Below, one piece after another: positions 28,677 to 45,800 of a stretch of DNA of 64,000 bases; within the stretch, counting starts at the first letter, position 1, and every line of letters begins with the position of its first letter. Origin of the DNA: the human T2T-CHM13v2.0 reference genome, Homo sapiens. A model generated the notes under the pieces. The model had not been told where the DNA came from. It saw only the letters and a list, made by a program, of their open reading frames with translations, and ran no database searches. The DNA lies in NCBI RefSeq assembly GCF_009914755.1, contig NC_060947.1. The stretch is one strand, 5' to 3'. A program made the translations under genes and the position numbers.

Positions 28677-29099
28677 GGGCACTCTGGAAATATTTTTTAA
28701 ATGAATGAAGGATTGCAAATGTTAAAAAGTTAGACTTAAATTTAGGTCCATCAGACATAAAATTCATATTCAACCTCCATCGCCTAAGCTGACATATGGG
28801 GAGCCCCATGCTATTTTTGATGTCAGATTATGGAAAGAACATGAGCTTTGGAGCCAAGCAGGCCTAGGCCTTCAATCTCTGTCTCACTGATTACTATGGG
28901 ACCTCAAGCAAGTCACTTCACATCTATGAACCACTGTTTGCTCATCTGTTTGTAAAATGGAGACGAAAGTCACCCCTGATTCTTGGGGTTCCTGTCAGAA
29001 GTGTGACTTTGGACAAGCTTAAGTCTGTTTCCTCTTCCAGTATTCTCTAATGTAGTAATCTCAATCTATACTGCTATATCTTGTTTCACTCATTCAACC

Positions 29100-29260
29100 T
29101 ATTCATCTGTCCATCTACCTGCTCCTCAGTCCATCAATCCACCAATTCATCCATCCATCCACCCACTCATCCATCTATCCATCCATTTTCCATCCATCCA
29201 CCCATTCATGCATATATCCACCCATCTATTCATCTATCCTCCATTCATTCAATCTATTGA
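29100..29260. repeat. (TCCA)n degenerate tetranucleotide repeat at an L2 tail
   Basis: ccatccatcc/ccattcat units followed by L2-like sequence. Confidence 0.85.
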
Positions 29261-29994
29261 TATGAATCAAGACCTCTGCTATATACCAGGCCCTGTGTTA
29301 GGCCATGAGCTACAGAGAAGAGTAGGATACTAACAAAACCTGTAGTCTAATTGTTCAAATAGTGGTCGAGGTCTCTATCATGACCTGTGGTACCACAGGG
29401 AGGGAGTGGCTAGTGCTGCCTGTTGAACGAAAGCATGCTAGCTGGCCTGAAAGCTGTAGCAGGCACCCTCCAAAGGCTGAAATTTTGTTGGTTCCTCTTT
29501 CGGTCCCAGTGCTTAGCATACAGGGACTTACTATATGCTGACCTGCTTCTGAACTGTGAACACTCCCTTAAATATAGTGTGAACTTTAGCCAATGGGCCA
29601 CATAGTTTCAAACAGGGGTATGACAAGATCAGATTTGCTTTATAGAATGACTTTTCCAATCCCTGGTGTCTTCTGGGTTAGAAGAGACAGAATCAAAAGC
29701 AGGGGGCCCAATGTAGAGGCTGTTGGACTAGTAGCAGTGAGAGATAATGGGCAACTGACTTTGGCAGCAGTGGAGCTGAAGACAAGCAGAGAGACTCGGG
29801 AGATATTGAAGAGGTAGACTCACTTTGTTGTAATTGCATGGATGCAGAGGTGAGGGTGAGAGAAATGGAGAGATGGCTCCCAGGTTTCTGCTTTGGACAA
29901 TTGGGGACCTGGCTGGATGACTCCAAGTGCTATACTATGGAGGCCTGGGACAGGGGACAGGGGAGTGGTTAAGAACACAGTGGCTTTAACTTTC

Positions 29995-30170
29995 CTGGAG
30001 GAGTTTGCTTGGCATTCACATTTATTGCCAGCAAATATTTTTCTTTCTTCAGAGCTGCAGCCCCTCAGCTCTGTCCTGCTCAGTGACAGATGTAAAGGCA
30101 CATTAACAGATGCCAGTTGCTAACACACCTCCATTTAAACGGATTAATCAGCCCCTCGGAAACCTGGGAA
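29995..30170. promoter_or_regulatory. candidate enhancer-like unique element
   Basis: non-repeat block with TTGGCA/TGCCAG NFI half-sites, TGACAG, CAGATG E-boxes, GGATTAATC. Confidence 0.3.
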
Positions 30171-30430
30171 ATTCTCACTCCTGACACTCTCTTCTTTCTC
30201 TCTCTCTCTCTTTTTTCCTTTCTCTCACTTCCTCTCTCTTCTCTTCTCTTTCTCCCTCTACTCTTTCTTCTCTGTTTCTTACACAGATACTCTCACATCC
30301 ACCCTTACACATACTCACACACCCTACGCAGACTTGGGAGGATGTGTGTGTATGTATGTCTGTTTGTGTGTGTACACACAGGAATGGGGTGTGGGAGGGA
30401 ATGGGAGCTTGAAATGTGAACTTTTTAAAC

Positions 30431-30488
30431 ATTTTTTGTGTCAGACCAGATTCTTAGTTAAGGCCCAAAAAGGAGCCCTATAGGTCAT

Positions 30489-30493
<5 letters not shown>
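30431..30493 (+). repeat. left copy of 63-bp direct repeat flanking the L1 (long TSD)
   Basis: 55/63 identical to 32484-32546 by hand alignment. Confidence 0.9.
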
Positions 30494-32445
<1,952 letters not shown>

Positions 32446-32483
32446 AATAAAGCTGCTATGAACATTCATGTAAAAAAAAAAAA

Positions 32484-32546
32484 ATTTTTGATGTCAGACC
32501 AGACTCTTAGTTAAGGCCCAAAAAGGAACCTCACAGGACATGTGTT
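32484..32546 (+). repeat. right copy of 63-bp direct repeat flanking the L1 (long TSD)
   Basis: begins immediately after the final poly(A). Confidence 0.9.
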
Positions 32547-33981
32547 GTCTGGAGCCAATGGGAAGCTCACTCATTCATTTAGTAGACACTTCCAGGGGCC
32601 TCCCCTGTGTCTGGCTCAAGCTAGCTCAGTGTAAAGTTCACAGAGAAGATAGTGAGGGAGACAGCTACCTCCCCAAACTTCTGGGGTGTGATTAGAGAGG
32701 TCATTGTGGAAGTACTGAAGAAGGAGTCACCAGTTGCCTGCCTGGGTGGCCACACAGGTGGTGCCCTTTGCCATGGGCGTTGAAGAGTGAATAGAAGTTC
32801 ATCATGCTGCTAAGACAGCAAGGACATCCCGTATAGAAGGAACAGCATAGGCAGAGACCTGGAAGCATGAGAGGAAATGGTAAGTAGTTCATTTGGACTG
32901 AGTGGTACGCTAGGAGATGGAAGATGGAAGATGGGGAAGGGTGAGCCCTGATGGCACATGAGCAAATTTGAATGGTGGATGGTTCATCAACACTTCAGAT
33001 GCCCAGACCTTTTGGCACAGCAGTTTCACATCTCAGTGTCTGCCCTAGAGAAGTACTTGGCATGTGGATATGTACAGGGATTTCAGGATTTTGATAATAT
33101 AAAAGAAAATGTAATGTATAATACAGTATATAAATAGCCACCAATAAGGGACTAATTTAATAAGATTTTTTTCATCCTTGCTAAGGAATATCATGAGGCA
33201 GTTACAGTAAGTGAAGTTTATCTCTTGAGGGCAGAACAAAAGTAAATAACATTTTTTTAATTGCAGCAAAATGAGTTGGTATACACGCATATATTTCCTA
33301 GCTATGTCAGCTGAGAGAGCCTAGAAGCAATGACATCCTAGTAGCAATGACTGCATCTAGTGCCCACATCTTGGTTTCTTCTAATACCATCTCCTCCAAT
33401 AAAAGGAACCAGGGCTCCTTGGAGAAATGGCTGGGTCAGGGTTAGGGCAGGGAAAATCCAAGATAAGCCTGGACCATCTCGTGGTGCCAGAAAATAAGGA
33501 AGTGCTCACAAAATAAAATAAAATAAAATAAAATGAAAAAAAATGGGAGCTTGTCTAAGGAGCACAGGAGCCAACCTGCAGGATGTCCTAATAGCCAAAG
33601 TAGGAACAATTTGAGCAGAAAATAAATATAGTATTGGATTTTTAATAATTCATTTTTATTTTAGAGCGGTTTTTGATTTACGGAAAAGGTACAAATAAAA
33701 CATTAAGAGTTCCCATATATTCCACATCCGGCTTCGCCTATTAACATCTCACATTAGTATGGTACACTTGTACAACTAATGAGCCAATATTGATACATTG
33801 TTATTAACTGAAGTCCATAATTGATTCACATTTCCTTAGTTTTTACTTAATGACCATTACCTGTTCCAAAATCCCATCCAGGATATATAACATTACATTT
33901 ACTCATCACCTCTCCTTAGGCTCCTCTTTCTTGCAACAATTTCTCAGACTTTTCTTGCTTTTGATGACTTTGACAGTTTTA

Positions 33982-35829
<1,848 letters not shown>

Positions 35830-36109
35830 AAAATGGGGAATGGGTCCCAGGAGGAATATCACAGAGGTGAAATGCCCTACTCGACACATCTCATCAATGG
35901 TACAGGCTGTTAACTGATAATGTTAACTTTGATCATCTGACTGAGGCAGTGTTTGTCAGGTTTCTCCATGTTACTTTTTTCCCTCTTCTGTACTCTTTGG
36001 AAGGAAGTCACTATGCCCAGCCCATATTTACAGAATGGAGAATTATACTTTACCCCCTTGAGGGGGGAGATAATACTGGATTTTAACCCATAGAATAAAA
36101 TAAATATCA

Positions 36110-36270
36110 ACTTAAGGGTGGAGGGTGGGAGGAGGGTAAGAGTTGAGAAACTACCTATGCTTACACATGGGTGATAAAATAATCTGTGCACCAAACCCCC
36201 ATAACACACAATTTACCTATATAGCAAACCTGCACATGTACCCATAAAACTAAAATAAAAGTTAAAAAAA
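36110..36270 (+). mobile_element. short L1PA13-16/PB-like 3' end
   Basis: gggtggagggtgggaggaggg...ctgtgcaccaaacccccat...aacctgcacatgtaccc...aaataaaagtt. Confidence 0.8.
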
Positions 36271-37427
36271 CTGAATAAACAGGGGAGAAGGGGGAACTTT
36301 CCCTTACAGTAAAATTGCAATCAATATGCATAGAAAGAAAGAGGAAAATAGATAATTGTCAGGAAAGCACCACTACAATAATGGTGGATCCACTGATGAA
36401 TGCTACAAATTGTGGGTGAACGTTTGAGGAGAAACAGGACTTGCATAGTCCCAAGATATTTATCAACTAAAAAGGGAACTATAGTAACTTTATAGTGGAT
36501 AAACCCTGCACACATCAGCTTAACCAAGTGATCAAGGTAAACACCACTAGTCATAAGACACATGGACATTATGAGCCTCTTGCTGTGGTGTGCTGAGATG
36601 GACCCAACACCATTTCTGTGGTATTCTTGCCAAAAATTATAGCCTCCCTCAGGTCATGAGAAAATATCAAGCAAACCTCAATCAAGGGACTGTCTATAAA
36701 ATACCTGACTAGCACTCTTCAAAAGTATGAAGATCATGAAAGATGACAAAAGACTGAGGAACTGTCATAGATTGGAAAATACTAAGGAGAAGTAACAACT
36801 AAACGCAATGTGGGATTCAGGACAGGATCCTGGAACGGAAAATAAGATGTGACGGGGGAAAATAGGGAATTCCAATAAGATCTGTAGTTCAGATAATAGT
36901 ACTGAACCAATGTTAATTTCTTGGTTTTGATCACTGTACCATAGTTATGTAAGATATTAATATTAGGAAACTAGGTGAGGGGTGTACGAAAGCAATCTGT
37001 TCTATTTTTTGCAATATTTCTATAAGTCTAAAATTAGTTCAAAATAAAAGGTTTTAAAAGTTGCAATGTAAAAGATTTAGGGCAGATACCTGGAAGGCCT
37101 CTGGTGGCAGAAACATGAGATGTTTCAGTGGATTTTTGAAGGGTGCTTGTCTCAGGCAGTTAAGGAAAAGAGCCTGGGTGTTTAGCCCTTGGGTCCTCAA
37201 ACATCCTGGTGCCTCTCTCTGCATTTGGGGCTGGGAGACCTCCTCTCTTCTGGGCAGTCTCCCACAAAGATTTGTTCAACGTAGTGGCCTGTGGTTGGTC
37301 AACTCCCCTGTATCTCCAGACCACCCCCACCCCCCCAACCTTGTGTCACCGGCTGAGACTGCAATCCCCACTCCCTGTTTCTTCTCTCTAATATAGCACT
37401 GGTGGGGGGAGGGGGTGGGGAAGCAGC

Positions 37428-37429
<2 letters not shown>

Positions 37430-37474
<45 letters not shown>
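37430..37474. repeat. (GT)n microsatellite
   Basis: about 22 perfect units. Confidence 0.97.
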
Positions 37475-37477
<3 letters not shown>

Positions 37478-38763
37478 GCAGGAGAGCTGGGGATTCCCAT
37501 CCTAGAGGATGGAGGTGGCCGAGGTGAGGCTGAAGCAGTTGGGGGAAGGCTTAGCAGGCAGGCGAGCGGCTGCTCCAGAAAGAGGGCGGCTCAGACAGTG
37601 GTTAGCTGCGGAGTGGGGCTTAGCAGAGGGAAGGGGGAAAGGGAGGGGGCTCTCCTTCTCAAGGGGCCCTTTCATGTTGAAATCAGCCAGCGTGAATGCT
37701 GGCGGCCCAGGAGCCCAGCCGGGGGAAATGTGAGAGCCCCCTTATCTCCCCTCATGTCACAGTGCCGTCTGCAGTTCTCAGCCGGGCCAGAGAGGATGCA
37801 TTAGGAGAAGTGTTGGTGGGGGATGGGGGAGAGAATGCTCCCATCAAGACCTAGGGCTGGGCCCACTTAGTTAAGGGGAGGTTGGAGGAAGCAGGTTCCA
37901 GACTGTCCTGCTGCTGGAGGTGGGGGTGGACTGGAGTGCCCTGCATCTCGAAGCAAGGAGAGCCAGCAGGCTTTGGGGCCTAGGGTGGTGGATTTGGCAG
38001 GAATCAGAAAGAAGGCCTCAGGTTCCACCCCTATCAAATGCCAGAATGCCCTATACAGCATGCCTCTGGTCTGCTCTGGGAGTGCAGTCCTTGCCCACAC
38101 ACCTGCAGGAGCAAGGAGCCCACTCCCTCCTGGGAGAGCTGGGAGAGTCAGGCCATGGGTTCCACCCCTGGATTCAGTTCTCGTTTCTGGGTAGGAAACC
38201 TGGAACATTTGACTAGGAAAGCCAAGGCCTCACCTTTCCCAGGACACTCTCAGCCCAGGAGTGACCCCTGCTGTTCAAACAACCTTGAAGGCAGAGGACA
38301 GAGCCATTAGCTTCCCATGGCTTGGACTGGGTGGTCCTTCCTGCCCCTTCCAACCCTGCAATCTTGTTTCTCTGAGATGGGCTGTGTGGTTCTTTGTAAA
38401 TCTGCTGTTGCAGGAGGGAGGTGGGTGAGGCCACATCTGGACTGTGGGGGCCTTGTTGGCTGGAGCTGTCAGCAGCCAATGTTTTCACAGACACCATTTG
38501 CCCGTGCAAGTTCCCGGCCCCCAACACACTCCCACTGCCCAGGGCCCCAAGCCTCCTCCCTGCAACAGCACAGGAACCCAAGGGAGCCCTGGGTCGACTC
38601 CAGGATGACCTAAACCTTTAGGTCATCCCAGAAGCCTCTGCTGCCCAAGAGAGGGAAGAGCTGAGATGCCACGGGGCCATGTGGAGGTGTGGGTACAAAC
38701 AGGACAAGGTGAATGAGACAATTTGAGGAGCCCCTGGAGACAGCTCAGTGCACAGGGCTGTAG

Positions 38764-39115
<352 letters not shown>

Positions 39116-39729
39116 CTTGTCCTGATTTCTCCCAGAACCTTGCTGGATGACCTTGGGTCAGTCTGTTCCTCTGTCTCCCCAAGTGTCCAATGGGAAGAAT
39201 TCCTCACCACCTGATTGAAAATAGCCTTAGCTTCTTCTGTGAAAATAGCTCCTTCACAGCATGTACCTCTATTTGAGCTCTTCTGTCTCCCCCACTAAAG
39301 CACGATCTCCATGAGGGCAGGGGCCCTATGCCCTGGGCATCCAGAACAGGGGGGCAATGGGTCTTAAAGGCCTTCTCAGTGCTGGACACTCTCATTGCAT
39401 TTGTTCCAAGCAAGATTCAGGGTTTGAGCCAGGGACGGAGGAACCATGTTCTGGGGGTGGCAGAGGAGAATTTTCTCCTGGAGCTGCGTGAGCATAGTGG
39501 GCCACATGGTGGGCTCTAGGATGCAAAAGGCTAGGCTAAGGCCCCCTGGGAAGGGGAGACAGGCCTGAGATAGCTGCCAGGGCACGAGACCTACCAGAGG
39601 CTGATCCAACCCAGCCAGGAGATGGGCTGTTTCCAGATGGGCTCTGTGATTCCTCCAGGCGTCCTCAGCACCAAGCTCAGGACCTGGCAAGGAAAAGGGA
39701 TTCTGGCAGTGTTTGATGGTTAGCAACAG

Positions 39730-39990
39730 TTAACTACTCACCATTTATGCCTGCCTTGGCACCTCCCAGCTTTGCCTGTGGGACTCTCTAGGTGGGCCTG
39801 GCCATCTCCTACAGGCTAGCTGTGCTTTATGCATCATTACATTGCCCTCTCACAGCAGTGGGGTAGGTACTATAGTACTATCCCTGTTCTACAAATGTGG
39901 AGACAGAGACACAGAGAAGTTTAGCGACTTGCCCAGGGATACACCACCACCAAGGTACAGAGCCAGGATTTGAGCCCAGGTCCATGCTGT
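39730..39990 (-). mobile_element. MIR SINE
   Basis: gtaggtactat...gtttagcgacttgcccaggg...agccaggatttgagcccagg. Confidence 0.7.
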
Positions 39991-41523
39991 CTTATTTACC
40001 CTGTTGCCTTCTGTAAAACATGTTCAGAGATCCAATTTGACCAGACTCAGCACCTGGGTCCCACACTCCGACGTTCCCACACATTTTTGCTGTCTCACTG
40101 CATTCCTACCCCCAGCCTGTGTGGTGAACAGGGCAGGCACTATCATCCCCACTTCACAGACAGGAGAATGGCTTGTGGTCACCCAGCCAATAAATAGCAG
40201 CACTAGGACCTGAGCCCAAGTCAGCCTCGTTTTAGAGCCTTGCTTTTTGCCTTCAACCAGGCTAGTCCTATGCTCTTAGACCCCACTCACTCCCTAGGGC
40301 TCTCCCAGCCTGCATTCAATACCACTGATGCCACAAGCACCCCAGGAACCTAGCCCTCAGTATAACCTGCTCTTTTCACCCTGGCCACAAGGCCCTTTCA
40401 GCAACTCCTGCTGAACCTTCAGTGGGGAAGCAGGTGATGGGGGGTGGGGGGCAGGTGGCCATGTCATGGAACAGACAAAGAAGGCAAACTGTGGGGCCCT
40501 ACAAAGGTCTCTGCAAAGATCTCTGACCGAAGGCAGCTGCAACTTAACTTTTGCTCAGAATCAAGCCTCAATTCAACGAATATGTACTGAGTATCCACAA
40601 TCCACCTGGCATTTCAGAAAATGCTTTTCTAAACAGGCAGTTGCCATCAGTCAAGCGCTTGCTATATGACAAGCAGGCATTGTGCACAATCCATTGAATC
40701 TTCACAGATCCTTCGAAGGGTGCTACGAACATGGACCCCATTTTGCAGGTGGGTAAAGTGAGAGTTAGAAAAGCCAAACCGCATGCCCAAAGTCTCCAAG
40801 GTAGAAAGTGACAGATCTGGGAACAGAATCTAGGCCTGCCAGACTAAAACATCTATGTTCTTAAGCCCTGTGTTATCTGTCTCCGAAGGGGAGTGCCCTG
40901 CCTGGGAAGCACGAATGACAGCCAACTGCATTAAAAGCGGGAAAACAGAGAAAATGCAGGACAAGAAAGAGAGCCCTAGCGAGGGGCCAGCTCACTTCCA
41001 GAGGACACAGGGGCCATGGGAACATGGGGGTGCCTCCCCTCAACATCCTACCACAGACTTATCAAGCCTAGGAGCCCCAGGTTTGGCTGAGGTGGGGCTT
41101 GCTGAGTGTGTGAGGGCTCTACTGGCACTACCCATTGGAGCTGAGGGGCCCAGAGCATATGGATGACAGTGCAAAGGGCCCAGAGAGAACAAAGGAGGTG
41201 GGACTGGGGAAGGGGGATGTTCAGAGAAATTCTGGGGGGAAATCATGGGAAAAGCTTCCAAAGCAAAGAATGATGCCTTTTGCTTTGTAAATCAGGACGT
41301 ACTTGTAGGACAGAAGCAAGAGACCAGAGGGGCAAGAGCCTGGCTCAGCAGAATGCTGGCAGACAAAAGGAGTCAGGCCTCTCAAGCTTTGTCAGGCAAC
41401 TGACACAGACTCTTGACGAGGGTGAAACAAGCTCTCAAATGGGACCTGAGGGATCTGAAATTGCATAGTTAGAAAGGGGGCAGATTTGAGTTGTGAACAC
41501 GGGCTTAATCTGGTTTCAGAGCC

Positions 41524-41866
41524 TGTCTTAGTTCAGGCTGTGATAACAAAATACATTAGACTGAGTCATTTATCAATAATAGAAATTTATTGCTCACAGT
41601 TCTGAAAAGTCCAGGATCAAGGTGCCAACAGACTTGGTGTCTGGTGAGGGGTGACTCTCTGCTTCCAAGATGGCACCTTCTAGTTCTAGTTGTGTCCTTA
41701 CATGGTAGAAGGGCAAAAAGGCTCCCTCAAACCTCTCTTAAAAGGGCACTAATCCCATTCATGAGGGCTCCACCCTCATGCCCTAATCACCTCCTAGCAG
41801 CCTCATCTTTTAATACTATTGCACTGGAAATTAAGGTTCAACATATGAATTTTGGAGGACATAGCA
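41524..41866 (-). mobile_element. MaLR solo LTR (MSTD-like)
   Basis: TG...CA ends, 5-bp TSD gagcc (41519-41523 and 41867-41871), ggcactaatcccattcatgagggctcc motif. Confidence 0.9.
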
Positions 41867-44800
41867 GAGCCCATGCTCTGAAATGTCCCCAAAAGCAGAC
41901 TATCGGGGAGAAAAGCCTTGGGTGGTGGCAGTACAAGGAGTCCCAGAGCCCAGAGCTGTATGCCTGAGGCCTGGGTATCTCGGCCCCCAGAATCCCTTGG
42001 ACAGCAGTAGCCCCTTCCTAGAGTTCCCTGGCAAATACAAGACACTCTGGGCTGGGAGGGAGGTGGAGAACATCTAGTCCAAACCCATCCCTCCATTCAT
42101 CTTATACTGAAGTCATCTCTGCAACATCCACGTTGAGTGGGGTTTCACTGGCAGAAATAGGAAACGGCACTCCAGGCTGAGTGCACAGCCTGAGCAAAAA
42201 CATGGTGCTTAGAGAGGCCATGGTGGCTGCAGGGCAGATGACATTAGTGTGGCTGTAGCAAGACTGCTGGGAGGGATGGAAAGGAATGTGGGAAGCCAGC
42301 TGAGTCTTGGGCTGAAAAGGACCACCAAGATTCTCTAGACCAGGCCCTCACTCTGAGCCATACCATCAGTGTCTGCTCTCCTTTCCCCCGGCCACCCTGC
42401 AGGATTTGAGAAGCTAGAAGTTTCCTTACAGTCCATCTAGCCTGGGTCCTTCATTTGCAGATGGAGAAATTGAGGCTCAGAGAGAGACAGTGACTCATGC
42501 TAGGGCCCACAATCAGTCAGCCCTTTTGCGGACATTCAGTAAATATCCATTCATTTGAAGCTTAGTTCTGAGCAAAAGTGCAGAGAGCCTTTAGTCAGAG
42601 AACTTTGTAGATGTGCCGTAATCTTTGCTCCTTCAGAGCAAGCATCCCTAGCTTCTGGGGCCACTCCTCAATACTTAGAAACTGCCTACATATGGCACAT
42701 AGTAGGAGCTCAACTCGCATTTATTAAATGAATAAAAGCTTGGGTAAGTCAATGGTAGGGACATTAAGACAGCCATGTGGGCACACAGCCAAGGGGACAG
42801 TGGGAGCTGAAATCGAGCCCACGCTGCACTCACTAAGCCATGTGCCCTGGTACAAGGCTGCATGCATCCAAAGGAGGTGCTTTTTGCCACCTTGCACTAT
42901 GACACTGTATAGGCTGGTGACAGTGCTGGGGACTTCAGAAGGCCAAGGAGTCAGTCTCCTCTGTAGCCTGCTCTCCTCTAAACAGGCATCCATTTGGCCA
43001 TGACCCAGCCACCACACCTCCAGAGGGATACCCAGTGAGTAGAAGAGATGCCTCCCTTGCACCCAGCCCCCAGCCATCAGCTGATGCAGGAGCTCTTCAG
43101 GCCACCAGGTCCGGTTGCTGACTCATTGAGTTTCCAGTCAGCTAATCCCCAATCCTTTTCTGCTCACTCCCTTGCTCACCACCTCATTACACACCAGCCT
43201 CTGGTGGGAATTCTTTCCCCTGACATATCTTCCAATTGCATGTGCTTAGTAGGTACTGCCCTCCTAGAGCCTTGAACAGTGAGAGGGCAGGGCATTGACG
43301 GGTGGGGAAATTGAGGCTTAGACAGGTTAAGTAACTTGGCCAATGTCACCCAGCAAGAACATCCCAATTTGGATTTAAACTGAGATCTATCTATTCCAAG
43401 CCTTAAGCTTTGCCCAGGGCTCTCCCTCCAGATGCCAGGGCGGGGCAGTCCCACTGGAAAAGTGCCTGATGGCAGATGCTTCTCCATCCTCTCTGGTACA
43501 AGGCATCTGTGTCAAGTTGACATCAGAATGTCTGGCCGTGTGTTGTACATGCCACCTGTGTGACTCTAGGCAGGAGCTCCCACCTGGCTTTTTAGTAGGG
43601 GACAGATGGACTTTTGTTCCGCCCACCAACCCTGCTACTTAGAGCTATGGCGGGACTTTTGAGAGCAGGGCTGGACTTGGTTGGGAGGGTCCAGGGCAGA
43701 GGCTGGGAAGCGTGTGCAGGAGCCAGGCCCTGACGGTATGAATTTCTGTCTTTAACCTGGGCAGGATTTCCCTCGGTAGGGGGTGTCTGCAAATCCTACC
43801 CCTTCACTGAAGTGAGTGTCAATTCTAGTTCTGCCCTAGGCTTTGCTTGGCAAGGCAGGTGGGCAGAGAGGAGGAGTAACTGCTGATGCCCTGTCTCAGG
43901 AAGACCTCAGAGCCCTGTGGGGCTGGGCCTGCCTGCCTAGTGGCCTGATTTGATGCCAGTATCTCCTGGTTGAAGGGAGAGTAGGAGGTTACTCCAGAGA
44001 AGATGGAACCCCCACATGCAGGCCCAGCCAACAGGCCACTCACCTTTGGCAGCCTGGGGCAGAGGGGCACTGAAAGAAGTTCCATTTAGTTGCAGGTCTT
44101 AACTGCTCAAACTCTTGTTGAGGAAGGAAGAATGCATTGCATAGTGAAGGAGGGAGAGAGAAGGACAGAGGCAGATACATAGATAACAGAGGGGACAAAC
44201 AGAGGGTGTGAGAGAACACAGAGTGTGAGTGAGCCAATGAGCAGGGGCGCACTTGGAATGAACGCATAGCTGGGAGTCAAGAGACCTGATTCTAAACTCA
44301 GCTCTGTCACTGACTTGCAGGGGGCCCTGTAGCCAGTCACTCCTTCTCTTCTAGGCCTCTAAGTCCCATTTGTCAGGCTGTGGGGGCAGGGAGGGGGAGG
44401 TAGGACTGACCTAGGTACCCTCCAAGGTCCCACCAGCCCTGACCTCAAATTCTGTGAGATAGAAATTGCTCCTCTTAGGCTGGCTCTGGCAGTGGGCGTT
44501 TCTGAAACTCACAGCAATGAAAAATAGGAAAAAACAAACTTTGGGAATTCCAAGTATGGCTGGGGCTGGAGGATGAGGCAGGCAGAGCTGCAGAGCTGTT
44601 TGTCTATGATTCAGAGCCTCTTGTGAGGTAGAGCACATGTTCTTAGAGGCAGGACTGCCCACCACTACCCCCAGCCGCCACCACCACTCTGGACTCCCCA
44701 CCCAGCTCAACCTCAGTGGGGCCCCTGCCCTGGCCCCGCTGCCACTGCAGCCACTACCTCACTCCGACTGACCCTCTGGAAGAATCAGGGATGAAGCCAA

Positions 44801-45579
44801 GGCCCAGAGAGCCTCACTAACTTGTGCACAGACACCCAGCAATCTTCAGGCTAACCCTAATATCAACAGCCCAAGTGGGCAGAAAGGTGAAGGGAAGGAG
44901 GGGGAAGGAGGAGTGTCCCACGCAGCCAGCCTCTCCTAGATGCCCAGGACAGTAGTTGTATCTTCCAAACATCATCCTCTTTAATCTTCAAAACCATCCT
45001 TTGGTTTAGGCCTTAGGGTACCTGAAACCAGTGCTCAGAGAGGTGCCTCTGCTAGCTCAAGCTCACATAGTCACTAGGTGTAAAGCTAGGATTTGGAATT
45101 CAGATGCCAGATTTGCACCACTGCCCAAGGGTCCCAGCATGGCTGCAACATAGGCCTTCCTGACAGTTGGGCCTTATCACTTTGACTAGCAATTTCCTGT
45201 CCCACACATGCCTGACCATGAGGCCAGGTACAGGCTGCAATCTGAGCAGCTTGTGGGAATAAGCTCAACTGAAGGAGGTAGCCTGAGGAGGTTTGGGGAA
45301 TATTGTGGGGTGATTTGCCACGGGGGTTGTGCCTCTGTCTGCCTGTGTCCCCACCTCTTCCCCAAACAGCGGTGGCAGGTACTGCCCCAGCCCCTGGATC
45401 CCAAGCAGGCCTGAGTGAACCCACTGGGCCATGGAACCCTGCAGTTTGGGCTTCTAGTTGATCCTGTGAGGGGACAGTGGGAGTTGCCACCCTGCTTCCA
45501 GCTTCCAGGAGCTGCCAGCCAGGCACAGGGGGCAGAGCAGAGCAGGTCTCACACACACAGAGTTGAAGGCAGAGCAGCT

Positions 45580-45800
45580 GTAAGAGACAGAGAGAGAGAG
45601 AGAGAGAGATAAAGGGAGGTAAAGAAAGGTAGAGCCAGTGAGAACCAGAAAGAGGGAGATAGAGACTGGGCAAGAGAAACAGACACGGAATCAGAGAGAT
45701 ACTGAGACCGGGAGATAGATAGGACAAGGAAAGGCCTAGAGGCAAAGAGATGGAGAAACAGAGACAAAACCAGAGTCAAAGGGCAAGGGAGACACGACAG
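45580..45800. repeat. GA-rich low-complexity tract
   Basis: (GA)n core with degenerate purine-rich flanks. Confidence 0.8.

Noticed and set aside
37500-37800. Possible CpG-island promoter (also 11960-12005)
   Set aside because: Only scattered CpGs over short spans; does not look like a true island.
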